From contig JAPLKL010000041.1 in assembly GCA_026388095.1 (NCBI GenBank), positions 36,016-100,015 on the forward strand: DNA of 64,000 bases. Reading direction: 5' to 3'. The stretch's first letter is position 1; each line of letters starts with the position of its first letter. Of the stretch, positions 25,966 to 34,777 are shown piece after piece. This DNA comes from Elusimicrobiota bacterium. Lineage in GTDB: Bacteria > Elusimicrobiota > Elusimicrobia > UBA1565 > UBA9628. The notes beneath the pieces were generated by a model. That model did not search any database. It saw only the letters and a program-made list of their open reading frames with translations, and had not been told where the DNA came from. The position numbers and the translations under genes are program-made.

Positions 25966-27975
25966 TTAAAAAATTGTGAAGAGGCGCCAGCCGACTCGGT
26001 AGCGCGCCAGCGCGAAGCCCTGCCGCCGCGCCGACGGCCCCGCGAGCACCAGGATATCCTCGGTCTTCGACCCGGCCCCTGCCCCGTCAGCCTGGGCCGC
26101 CGTCAAGCCGACGACGTTCTCATCCAACGCGACGGCCCAGGCCGGCGCGAAGGCTTCGTTGGCGAGGTCGAACGCCATGAGCCGCCGGCTGCGGGAATCC
26201 CAGAGCCAGAGGCGGCCCCCCAGCCACTGCATGGCGGCGGGCAGGACGTCGGCTTCCAGCGGATAGGCCTTGGCGTCGGTCTCCTCGGCTCCGTGCCGGT
26301 AGAGGCGCTTGTTGAAGGCGTCGTAGGACCACAGGGCCTGGCCGTCCCAGGCGAGCGCCGTGGGCGCGGGCCCGGGCGCCGGCTTGGCGTAGAGCACGGT
26401 CCCGGGGTCATCCGGCTGGTGGCGGACGATGCGGGCCTGGGCGGCGTCCAAGGTGTAGAACCGCTCTCCGCCCAAGGCCAGGGCCACGGGTCGGTAGGCG
26501 CCGATGCCTGAGACGCTCGCGCTGCTCACGGGCGCCCGGAGGTCCGCAGGGTCGAAAGCCTCCAGGGTCCCCTTCCAATCCGACACCCACAGGCGCTTCC
26601 CGTCGGACGCCAGCGCGGTCGGGTGGTCCAGAGCCAGGCCGCGGGTGGTCAGCGGCTTGAGGCTCCATGCGCTCAGCCAGCGTCCCAGAGGCCACGCCGC
26701 GGCCAGGAGCAGGCCCGCCGCGACCGCCGCCGGCCCGAGCCAGCGCCGCCGCGGCGCGGCGGCGCGCAAGGGCGCGCCGTCCCCGGAGGGCTGGCGTTCT
26801 CCGTTCCCGGAGGGGGCCGGGAGCTTGCGCTCCAGCTCGGCGACGCGTTCCATCACCGCGGCCAGCTTCTGGGAAGCGGCCGAAGCCTCGGGCAGGCTGC
26901 GCGCAAGCTGCTCCGCGGGCTTGACCGGGGCTTGGTCTTTGGCCGAAACCTCGGCGCGCGAGGCCTCGCGCTCCTTGCGCAGGCCCTCTTCCCAGGCCGA
27001 CCGTTCCTGGCGCAGGCTCTCATCCCGGGCGGCGAGCTCGAGGCGCCGGGCCTCCCAGGCCTCGCGCTCCTTGCGCAGGTTCTCCTCCCACGCGGCGAGC
27101 TCGAGGCGCCGGGCCTCCCAGGCCTCGCGCTCCTTGCGCAGGTTCTCCTCCCAGGAGGAGAGCTCGAGGCGCCGGGTCTCCCGGGCCGAGCGCTCCTGGT
27201 CCCAGAGCTCGCGCCACTGCCCGCGCTCCTTCTCCCAGACGCGGGAGAGATCCTCGCAGCGCCCTTCCACCTCCGCGATCCTCTTGACCGCCTGGGATTG
27301 CTCGCCTTCGGACTCCTGATGCGCGTGCCGCTCGCGCAGGAGCTCGGCCAGCGTCTTCTCCAGGGCCGCTTGGGTCTGCTCGAGGCCCGTCGAGAGGCGC
27401 GCCGCCGCGTCCTCGGCCCGCTGGGAATCCTCCTGGCGGCGGGCGGCCGCAGCCTGGAGCTCCTGCAGGTCCAGCAGATACTGCTGCTCTTTCTTCTCCC
27501 AGCGCCGCTGCTCCTCTCGCCAGCGGGCGCCTTCGGCTCCGGCCGATTCGCGCGCGGCGTCGACCAGGGCCTTGAGGTCCCGGCGCTCGGCCTCGTGCGC
27601 GGCGCGCTCGTCGGCGAGGGCCTTCTGCGCGGCCTCCAAGCGGGAGCCCACGTCGAGGACCTCGGCGACCACGAGCTCGTCGTCGGCGCGCACCTTCTGG
27701 CGCAGGGAACCCAGCTCGGTCTCCAGCAAGGCTTGGCGTTCCTTCAGGGCGCGCAGCGCCTTTTCCCGGGCCTCCAGGAGCTCGTGCCAGCGGGCTTCCT
27801 GGCGGCGGTACTGGCTCTTGAGCATGGCCACCGTCTCCCAGGCCACTTCGTTGGCCGTGGCCACGGATGCGGCAGGCGTCGGCGCGGGGTCGGCCGGGGC
27901 GGCGGAGGCCGCGCCGACCTTCTCCCAGAGCCGGCTGATCTCCTTGTGCAGGTCGTCCGGAGAGGCTTTTTCCAC
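25966..27975 (-). CDS. Bitopic membrane protein with a long cytoplasmic coiled coil (tandem 21-aa repeats) and a periplasmic beta-propeller-like C-terminal domain.
   Basis: The start is a GTG (MEKASPDDLHK...). The first ~400 aa are charged coiled coil with the repeated unit RRLELAAWEENLRKEREAWEA. A single TM (LGPAAVAAGLLLAAAWPLGRWL) follows. The C-terminal ~200 aa have W-rich repeat motifs (LWVSDW, LWSYDAFNKRLYRH, RLWLWDSRSRRLMAFDL). Confidence 0.65.
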   Translation of the reverse strand: MEKASPDDLHKEISRLWEKVGAASAAPADPAPTPAASVATANEVAWETVAMLKSQYRRQEARWHELLEAREKALRALKERQALLETELGSLRQKVRADDELVVAEVLDVGSRLEAAQKALADERAAHEAERRDLKALVDAARESAGAEGARWREEQRRWEKKEQQYLLDLQELQAAAARRQEDSQRAEDAAARLSTGLEQTQAALEKTLAELLRERHAHQESEGEQSQAVKRIAEVEGRCEDLSRVWEKERGQWRELWDQERSARETRRLELSSWEENLRKEREAWEARRLELAAWEENLRKEREAWEARRLELAARDESLRQERSAWEEGLRKEREASRAEVSAKDQAPVKPAEQLARSLPEASAASQKLAAVMERVAELERKLPAPSGNGERQPSGDGAPLRAAAPRRRWLGPAAVAAGLLLAAAWPLGRWLSAWSLKPLTTRGLALDHPTALASDGKRLWVSDWKGTLEAFDPADLRAPVSSASVSGIGAYRPVALALGGERFYTLDAAQARIVRHQPDDPGTVLYAKPAPGPAPTALAWDGQALWSYDAFNKRLYRHGAEETDAKAYPLEADVLPAAMQWLGGRLWLWDSRSRRLMAFDLANEAFAPAWAVALDENVVGLTAAQADGAGAGSKTEDILVLAGPSARRQGFALARYRVGWRLFTIF
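27034..27222. repeat. In-frame 63-bp tandem repeat array inside the coiled-coil gene: two perfect copies at 27034-27096 and 27097-27159, with degenerate flanking copies.
   Basis: The unit GAGCTCGAGGCGCCGGGCCTCCCAGGCCTCGCGCTCCTTGCGCAGGTTCTCCTCCCACGCGGC repeats exactly twice. Diverged copies lie at about 26971-27033 and 27160-27222. The array encodes the 21-aa unit of the coiled coil. Confidence 0.85.
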
Positions 27976-27997
27976 AGCGCGAACCAGTTTAGCAGAC

Positions 27998-28023
27998 CGG
28001 AATTGGAAGTGGTGTCGGAATTG
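27998..28023. promoter_or_regulatory. Direct repeat CGGAATTG-N10-CGGAATTG in the divergent intergenic region between the coiled-coil gene and the GT-C gene.
   Basis: CGGAATTG occurs at 27998-28005 and again at 28016-28023. The 94-bp intergenic region has divergent starts at 27975 (minus) and 28070 (plus). This is a candidate two-half-site operator for a winged-helix or LuxR-type regulator. Confidence 0.3.
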
Positions 28024-28069
28024 TTAAGCAGAGCCGGGCCTGCGGGCCATTACGGCTCCCTGGGGCGTT

Positions 28070-30004
28070 ATGATATCATGGCCGCTGATGGACCGCGAAG
28101 AATCCTCCCCCTGGAGTTGTCTCATCGCGGCCGCCCTCCTGGCCCAGATGCTCTGGCTCGGGGCCAACACGGCCTACGATCCGGACACTTGGTGGCACCT
28201 CAAGACCGGGCAGCTGGTCTTCCAGACCCATTCCATCCCCACGCGCGACCCCTACTCCTACGTCCTGGCGGGCCGGCCCTGGACCACCTTCGAGTGGCTC
28301 TTCCAGGTCGTCATCTACCTCGCCTACGCCGGGGCCGGCGCGGCCGGCGTGGCCGCGCTGCGCGTGGGCCTGCTGGCCGGAGCATTCCTGCTCCTCCTGC
28401 GCTTGGCGGGCGGCGGGTTCTGGGCCGGCATCCTGACTTCTTTGGCCGCGCTGGCGGCCAGGGATTTCTTCGTGACCAGACCGCAGGTCTTCGACTACCT
28501 CCTGCTCGTATTCTATCTCTCGGTGGTCGACCGCTGCCGCGGCCGGCCGGGCCGCCTGGCCTGGCTGCTGCCCGGCCTGCAGGTCCTCTGGGTCAACCTC
28601 CACGGAGGGGCGGCGCTTCTGGGAGTGGGGTTAGTGGGACTCAGAGCGGCGGTCGCCGCCCTGCCGGGACAGAGGCAAGACAGAGCCCTGGGGCCCTGGC
28701 TGACCCTGACCGGAGCCTGCCTGGCAGCCATGCTCGTCAATCCCCACGGGCCCGGGATATTCACCCATGCCTACGCGACCCTCTTCTTCCCCGGCCAGGA
28801 GCTGATCAACGAATGGCGGCCGGTGGCCTCTCTGCTGAGTTGGCAGGGGGCGTGCCTCGCCGTGGGGGCCGTGGCCGCGGTCTGGTCCTGGGAGTCCGAA
28901 CCGCACCTGGCTCTGACCGCTTTGGTCCTGGGCGTCATGGGCTGCCTCCAGGTGCGGCATGTGTCTTTGGCCATGCTGGCCGCGGCGCCCCTGGCCGCCC
29001 GGCTGCTCGCGCGCCTGCGGCCCGTGCCCATCGGCCGACGCTCGGCCCTGGGCGCCGTCGTGGTGATGGCCGCCTGGTCGGCCCTCTTCATCCATCAGCG
29101 CGTCGGGTACCTGGAGAACGTCGGCGCGGGCCTGGAGGAGCTGCCGGACCGGGCCATCCGGTATCTCGACGACAACGACGTCTCGGGCCGGATGTTCCAC
29201 ACCTACAACATGGGCGGGTATCTCATCTGGAAGACCTGGCCGCGCCGGCAGGTCTTCGTGGACGGCCGCAACGTGGAGTATGGCCCGGACTTCATCGCGC
29301 AGGCTCTGAACTGGACTCGCCCGGAGGTCTGGCCGCGGCTCGACGCCCAGTGGCGGTTCGACTACGCCGTCATCGGGAACTCCCCGGGCTACGTGGCTGA
29401 GGTCCTGGACGACTCGCCGCAATGGGCCCTGGTCTTCTGGGACGACGCGGCCCTGGTGTACCTGAGGCGCACGCCGGCCAACGCCGCCCTCATCCGGCGC
29501 GACGCCTACCGCCTGCTCAAGCCCAACCAACTCACCTTCGCCTATCTCGCCGAGGACCTGCGCGACCGCCGCAAGGCCGCGGCCGTGCTGGCCGAACTCG
29601 ACCGCTCCGTGCGATCTTCGGACCGCAACGTGGACGCCTGCCAGATGCGGGCCTACGTCCTCTCCGAGCTGGGCCGCCCCGCGGACGCCGTCCGGGACCT
29701 GCAGGGCGTCATCCGACGCTTCCCGCGCAAGCCCGGCCCGTACATGTCTCTGGGCTGGTTCCATGAGCGGGCGGGACGTCTTTTGGCGGCGCGGCAGGTC
29801 TACGAGGAAGGGGTGCGCATGGCGAAGTGGAACTCGGACCGGACCTCGCGGGCCTTTCTGGAGAATAACCTCGGATCCATCGAGCTGCGGCTCGGCAACC
29901 GCGAACGCGCCCGCGAGCTGTTCGAGGACTGCTTGGCGCTGGAGCCCAGCCATCCCCAGGCTCGGCGCAACCTCCAGATCTTGGATCAGTCCGCTAAGAA
30001 GTAG
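28070..30004 (+). CDS. Polytopic GT-C-type membrane protein (glycosyltransferase-like) with C-terminal TPR repeats.
   Basis: About 10 predicted TM helices span the first ~330 aa. A periplasmic domain follows (YNMGGYLIWKTWPRRQVFVDGRNVEYGPDF). The C-terminus carries TPR repeats (DACQMRAYVLSELGRPADAVRDLQ..., LENNLGSIELRLGNRERARELFEDCLALEPSHP). Confidence 0.65.
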   Translation: MISWPLMDREESSPWSCLIAAALLAQMLWLGANTAYDPDTWWHLKTGQLVFQTHSIPTRDPYSYVLAGRPWTTFEWLFQVVIYLAYAGAGAAGVAALRVGLLAGAFLLLLRLAGGGFWAGILTSLAALAARDFFVTRPQVFDYLLLVFYLSVVDRCRGRPGRLAWLLPGLQVLWVNLHGGAALLGVGLVGLRAAVAALPGQRQDRALGPWLTLTGACLAAMLVNPHGPGIFTHAYATLFFPGQELINEWRPVASLLSWQGACLAVGAVAAVWSWESEPHLALTALVLGVMGCLQVRHVSLAMLAAAPLAARLLARLRPVPIGRRSALGAVVVMAAWSALFIHQRVGYLENVGAGLEELPDRAIRYLDDNDVSGRMFHTYNMGGYLIWKTWPRRQVFVDGRNVEYGPDFIAQALNWTRPEVWPRLDAQWRFDYAVIGNSPGYVAEVLDDSPQWALVFWDDAALVYLRRTPANAALIRRDAYRLLKPNQLTFAYLAEDLRDRRKAAAVLAELDRSVRSSDRNVDACQMRAYVLSELGRPADAVRDLQGVIRRFPRKPGPYMSLGWFHERAGRLLAARQVYEEGVRMAKWNSDRTSRAFLENNLGSIELRLGNRERARELFEDCLALEPSHPQARRNLQILDQSAKK

Positions 30005-31564
30005 TCAGGGCGCAGGCTCGACCTGGAGACGGTAGTCCTCGGGGTCCAATGCCGCGGCTGTGACATAGTCCCTTTGCGCGCCGGGGTCGCGGCGGGCGTC
30101 GCGCAGCGTCCCGTCGAGGTAATGGGCGAAGGCGTAGCTGAGCAGGATGTCGCGCACGTAGCTCTCCTCCCGTTGCAAGGCCTGGCCGCGCCTGAGCGCG
30201 GAGAATTCCCAGGCCGGGCCTTGGGGCTCGGCGCTCTGGACCAAGCCGGCCGGGTGCAGGCTCTCCTGGCTCATGCCCATGGCCGCCAGGTTGGCCAGAG
30301 AGAGTCCCAGGACGAAGCGCGGCCGGACGCCCGGTTGCGCGTCCTTGTAGAAGACCAGCCTGCGGCCTTGGCCGTCCGGATGCGCCAGGTCGAGGTAGCG
30401 CGAGGCGTAGAGGGCTGTGTCGCCTCCGACCACGGCCGTGCTGCCCGGAGGCAGGGCCCGGCGCAGGTCCTTGGCGTAGTCGTAGGCCGAGAAGTCGTCG
30501 CGGTGGCAGCAGTCGGCCGCGTTCTGCCACAACGAGCCGGCCACGGCGGCCGCGCCCAGCAGCAACCCGGCCGCCTGCTTGCGCCGCATGAGCCACGCCA
30601 GGCCGAAGCCCGAGCAGAGGCAGACCACGACCGCGGGCGCGACCAGGGCCGATTCCATGACGGTGCGCGCCACCCAGCCGCTGAGGTCGAAGCGTGTGGC
30701 CAGGAAGAAGGCCGGGCCGAAGCCCAGGAAGACGAGGAGCAGGCCGGCCGCGAAGCGCCGGCTGATGCGCCAGGCCTGCCAGGCTCCCAGCGCGGCCAGG
30801 CCCAGGACCACGGGGGACATGCCCTGCCAAAGGGCTTTGCAGAAATATCCCAGCAGGCTCGCTGCCAGGGGCAGGCTGAGGGGGCGGCTCAAGCCCGCGG
30901 AGAGCTGGAAGGTCCCGTATTCCTGCCTCGTGAACATGGCCCAGGCGCGGCCCAGGCTGCCCAGGTTCGCCCACAGGAACAGATACGGGGAGAGGCCCAG
31001 CAGGAAGAGCGGCAGGCAGGCCTTGACCAGGAACCGGCGGTTATCAGCGGCGGAAAGTTCCCCCCACCACAGCACGGCCAGGCCGGGCACGGCAAGGACG
31101 AAGGCCTGGTGGTTGGCCAGACCCAGACCGAGGAGCAAGGCGCTTGCGGCCAGGCGCCGCCACCTGGTCGCATCCTCCTGCCCGGGCCCCGGGGCCAGGA
31201 GCAGCAGGAGCGCGAGGCACAAGCCATGCAGAGAGTACATCTCGCAGAGCAGGCTGAACTTCCACAAGGGGGCGCTGAAGGCCAGGGCCAAGGCCGCGGC
31301 CAGGGCGGGCAGGAGGCCGCAGGACCGGGACAGGAGCAGGAACACGGTCGTGGCGCAGCCGGCCCCGGCAGCGGCGGACATGAGGTTGAGCCTGTAGGCC
31401 GGGTCGCCCCAGGGCATAAGGAAGAGCCACGCCTTGCCCAGCAGGACGTAGAGCGGATAGCCGGGAGGATGCGCGGGCATGAAGGCCAGCACCGCGCTGG
31501 CCAGGTCGCCGCTGTCGCGGGGCGCGACGGTGGGATAGGCCGTGTACGCGTAAGTCGCGAACAC
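30005..31564 (-). CDS. DUF2723/TMEM260-like membrane protein (putative protein O-mannosyltransferase-like GT-C enzyme).
   Basis: The N-terminal signature AYPTVAPRDSGDL...AHPPGYPLY is characteristic of DUF2723, and multiple TM helices follow. The track start at 31564 is a GTG. The upstream in-frame sequence (TTAALVFLGVF) looks like a TM segment, so the true start may be an upstream non-ATG codon. Confidence 0.65.
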   Translation of the reverse strand: MFATYAYTAYPTVAPRDSGDLASAVLAFMPAHPPGYPLYVLLGKAWLFLMPWGDPAYRLNLMSAAAGAGCATTVFLLLSRSCGLLPALAAALALAFSAPLWKFSLLCEMYSLHGLCLALLLLLAPGPGQEDATRWRRLAASALLLGLGLANHQAFVLAVPGLAVLWWGELSAADNRRFLVKACLPLFLLGLSPYLFLWANLGSLGRAWAMFTRQEYGTFQLSAGLSRPLSLPLAASLLGYFCKALWQGMSPVVLGLAALGAWQAWRISRRFAAGLLLVFLGFGPAFFLATRFDLSGWVARTVMESALVAPAVVVCLCSGFGLAWLMRRKQAAGLLLGAAAVAGSLWQNAADCCHRDDFSAYDYAKDLRRALPPGSTAVVGGDTALYASRYLDLAHPDGQGRRLVFYKDAQPGVRPRFVLGLSLANLAAMGMSQESLHPAGLVQSAEPQGPAWEFSALRRGQALQREESYVRDILLSYAFAHYLDGTLRDARRDPGAQRDYVTAAALDPEDYRLQVEPAP

Positions 31565-31912
31565 GCCCAGGAAGACCAGCGCCGCCGTCGTCCGGTTAGT
31601 CGTATGAGGAATAACCCCTCTTCACGTTTGCCGGCCCCGAGGGGGCCGGCAAACGGTATGATACAACACACGGAGCCGGGAAAACCGCCGATGCGGCAGC
31701 TTGGAAGCGCGTCTAGGCAGCGCCTGCCCTATGCCGGCTTATCGTGGCCAGGGGGATTGCCCGGCCGGTCGGGCCCGGGACGGGCACGGCGCGGGCCTCC
31801 AGGCCTAGCAAGAGCAACGACAGGACCAGCGCGCCGCGGCAGCTTCGTGTTCTCATGGCGCTCTCCAGGGACGCAGTTCCGGCTATGATATCATAGGCGG
31901 AGAGGTGGGAGA

Positions 31913-34006
31913 TTGAAGGCCGGCGCCTGCAGACTGATCCTCCTGACCGCGGTCTTGGCCGTGGGCGCCGTCGTCCGTCTCGGCGCCGCGGAAGGCGACC
32001 GCCTGATCCCGCTGGGCGAGATCCCGCCGAGCGGAGGGCCGGGCCTGAGCGAGCACGAGCCGGGCCCGGAGGAGCTCAAGGCCCGCGACCAAAGGCTCGA
32101 CGCCTTCGCCCGAATCCTGCGCGCGGCGGTCCAGGTCGCGCACCGCGAGGCGGGGCGTCGCTACGTCGACATCGCGGAACTGCTCCTCGACCCTGCGCCG
32201 CGGGCCGGCCAGGAGTTGGCCACGATCGGTCTGGCCGCTTTCCCCTATTACGGCGGCGATCTGAGCCTGGGTCATGACCTGTCCGGCGCGATCTCGCTGC
32301 CGGTGCTCGTCTCCGAGATGCCGCCCGCGCAGCGCGCCCGGATCGCTGACCTGAGGCGCCGCCAGAACCCGCCGCCCGACGATATCATGCCGTCGGTGTC
32401 CCATCCGCCGCATGTCCTCTCCGTTCGCGGCCGGCTGGCCGGCGACGCCCAGAGCGGGTACCACCTCCAGGCGACCGGATTCCGCGATCTCGGCGCCGTG
32501 CCCCCGAACGGGCACCACTGCCTGAGCGACCTGGTCCTCGGCAGCAAGGCCATGTACCCGGACGACCTCCTGTCCATGCGCGAGAAGCTCCTAAGCGCCC
32601 TGGACGAGCTGAAGAGAGCGGGGACCCATGCGTTCGTGCCGTTCGCAGACCTTATGCTCGACAGCGAGCGCTACCTCGGGCGGGACGTGGCGACCTTCGG
32701 CGCGCCGCAAGGCGTGGAGGCCAATGCCCAGAATTCCTATTTCAGCCTGCGCGACAGCCTCGGCTATCGGTACAGCCTGAAGGTCGTGATGTCGGGCCTG
32801 CCATTGCAGGAGCGCGCCCTGGTGCTGCGATCGGGGTGGTCCAGTCTGCTGATGGTCCAGGGCCGTTTCGCCCGGACGCCGGACGGCGTCTACTATCTCT
32901 CGGCATCCAGCTGCGCCGGCATGGGCGACTCCGACTACCGGAGCTCGACCGAGATCCTGGCGCCGGAGTTGGAGCCCTTGGTGCCTTTCGACGGCAGCAT
33001 CAGAGGCTTCCGGCGCAAGGCCTCGCGGTCCGTGGTGCCCGAGTCCGAGCTCCGCGCCCGGCTCGACGAGTTCGCCGAGAGCCTGCGCGCCTCGGTCGAG
33101 AGCATCAAGAACGACCCGGCGCACGTCTTCGCCGAAGTGGGCGACATCGGTTTCGATCCGCGCGCCTACATGGACCGGCGCCTGGCCGTCCTGGGCGCCC
33201 CCACGGAGGTGGCAGCCCTGGACCCGCGAGCCAATCTCAAGCTGGGCAGCCACGTCATGGGCGGGCTGCGCCTCCCGGTCTCGATCGCGAGGTTCCCGCC
33301 GGAGATGCGCAAGGGGGTCCTGAGAGCCGAAGATCGCCATGTGCTGGTCATCCGAGGCTATCTGCGGCGCAGCGAGGATGGGAGGCATTTCCTCGACGCC
33401 ACGGGCTACGCGGATCTGGGAGGCCCCCCCGCCGGCCTGCTGAAGAAACTGTCGGTGGCGGACCTCATGCGGGGGAGCGCGGCGTTGGTCCTCCCGACCC
33501 TGTCCGCCGCGCGCCAGAAGGTGGCCGAGGCCAAGGTGGAGCTGGAACGGGACCAGGCGCGTCCTTTCGTCGACCTCCTCCGCCTGGCGCAGGAGCCGGC
33601 GGCGCATCTCGACCGCGACGTGGCCACGATCGGCGTCCCCGGGCAGGTCGTGGCCAACACGCGCGGCGCCTACGCCGATGCCTGGTCGACCTTGGATCCG
33701 GACTATGAGAAAACCCTCATCCTCTGCATCTCCCCTCTGCCGCTGCAGGACAAGAAGGAGCTCCTGCGCCTGGCGTCGCCGTGGCACGCGCTCGTGCTCA
33801 GGGGCAAGGTCCGGGCCATGGAGAAAGGGCACTGCCTGGAGCTGACGGGCTATGAGGACATCGGTCCCTTCCCTCGGGTCGTGACGCCTACGGGGAGCCC
33901 CTTCATGCCATGGAAGTCCACGGCCGCATGCCCTCCGGGGAAGACCGCGATCCTCTGCAACTGGCCGTTCCTCGGCGACATGTACTGCGCCGAGCCGAAG
34001 CGCTAG
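31913..34006 (+). CDS. Secreted protein built from four ~150-aa repeats of an uncharacterised domain.
   Basis: The signal peptide is MKAGACRLILLTAVLAVGAVVRLGAAEG. Four repeats share the pattern ...(F/Y)VD(I/L)...L(D/G)RDVAT(F/I)G(A/V)PxxV...LV(L/I)RGxxxRxxDGxxYL(S/D)ATGYxDxGxxP. No known domain was recognised. Confidence 0.6.
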   Translation: MKAGACRLILLTAVLAVGAVVRLGAAEGDRLIPLGEIPPSGGPGLSEHEPGPEELKARDQRLDAFARILRAAVQVAHREAGRRYVDIAELLLDPAPRAGQELATIGLAAFPYYGGDLSLGHDLSGAISLPVLVSEMPPAQRARIADLRRRQNPPPDDIMPSVSHPPHVLSVRGRLAGDAQSGYHLQATGFRDLGAVPPNGHHCLSDLVLGSKAMYPDDLLSMREKLLSALDELKRAGTHAFVPFADLMLDSERYLGRDVATFGAPQGVEANAQNSYFSLRDSLGYRYSLKVVMSGLPLQERALVLRSGWSSLLMVQGRFARTPDGVYYLSASSCAGMGDSDYRSSTEILAPELEPLVPFDGSIRGFRRKASRSVVPESELRARLDEFAESLRASVESIKNDPAHVFAEVGDIGFDPRAYMDRRLAVLGAPTEVAALDPRANLKLGSHVMGGLRLPVSIARFPPEMRKGVLRAEDRHVLVIRGYLRRSEDGRHFLDATGYADLGGPPAGLLKKLSVADLMRGSAALVLPTLSAARQKVAEAKVELERDQARPFVDLLRLAQEPAAHLDRDVATIGVPGQVVANTRGAYADAWSTLDPDYEKTLILCISPLPLQDKKELLRLASPWHALVLRGKVRAMEKGHCLELTGYEDIGPFPRVVTPTGSPFMPWKSTAACPPGKTAILCNWPFLGDMYCAEPKR

Positions 34007-34588
34007 CTAGCGGCTGGAGCAGCAGCTCCAGGATGCCGGAGCATTGCCCATGTCGTCGGGACCCTGGACCGAGACCAGGACGGCCTGGTGCGCCGTCCAG
34101 GTGCGCTTACCGCCCGTCCCGAAGTCCTTGGCCAGGCCGGCCGGCAGGCTTCCCATCCTGGCGCCGCCGCCCAGCCTGCGTCCCCAGTCCGTCCGGTCCC
34201 CGCAGACCTGGCAGCCGCCCGGCGCCATGACGAGCGCAAGGGCGTCCCGCGGGACATCGTTGAACTCAACGGCCGGGACCTCCCGCGACGGAGCCGGCGC
34301 GAGGGGGACCTCTGTTGCGGCCTGCGCCGAAGGCGCAGGTGCCGAAGGCTCAGGTGCGGACGGCCGGGCTGCGGCGGCCGGACGCGCGACCGGGACTGGG
34401 GGCGTCGGCGGCCGGCCGGGTCCGATCCTGAAGGCCACGGCCAGGGCCAAGGCTCCGGCGACGACGATGATGGCCGGCCCCAGCCATCTCCGAACTGAGC
34501 CGGCGTCCGGCTCCCGCCGTATGGGCGCCAGCATCGGCTGCGGGGATGGACGGGACTCCTGGGGGTCGGTTCGCGGGTCAGAGGACAT
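34007..34588 (-). CDS. Small membrane-anchored protein with a Pro/Ala-rich linker and a Cys-containing C-terminal domain; hypothetical.
   Basis: There is an N-terminal TM (LGPAIIVVAGALALAVAF), a proline-rich linker, and a C-terminal CQVCGDRTDWG...CCSS segment. It is convergent with the preceding gene and their stops abut. Coding status is moderately uncertain in this GC-rich DNA. Confidence 0.4.
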   Translation of the reverse strand: MSSDPRTDPQESRPSPQPMLAPIRREPDAGSVRRWLGPAIIVVAGALALAVAFRIGPGRPPTPPVPVARPAAAARPSAPEPSAPAPSAQAATEVPLAPAPSREVPAVEFNDVPRDALALVMAPGGCQVCGDRTDWGRRLGGGARMGSLPAGLAKDFGTGGKRTWTAHQAVLVSVQGPDDMGNAPASWSCCSSR

Positions 34589-34777
34589 TGCGGTAGGGCC
34601 TATGCCGGCCTTGTCTGTGATATTATAGCCGACAGTCGGCTATGAGCGGAGCCCTCTTTACCCTGCTTTCGTCCATAATTCGTATATTTTTTTTCTGTCG
34701 GCAATGGGTCCATACCACCTTCTTGGTAGCATATCACTAGAGCCGGGCCCGGAGAGCCGTATGAGCCCAGAACCGCG

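Noticed and set aside
27034-27222. 63-bp tandem direct repeats considered as a possible CRISPR array or minisatellite.
   Set aside because: The repeats are contiguous with no spacers, are in-frame within a coding sequence, and encode a coiled-coil heptad-type unit. This is not a CRISPR array.
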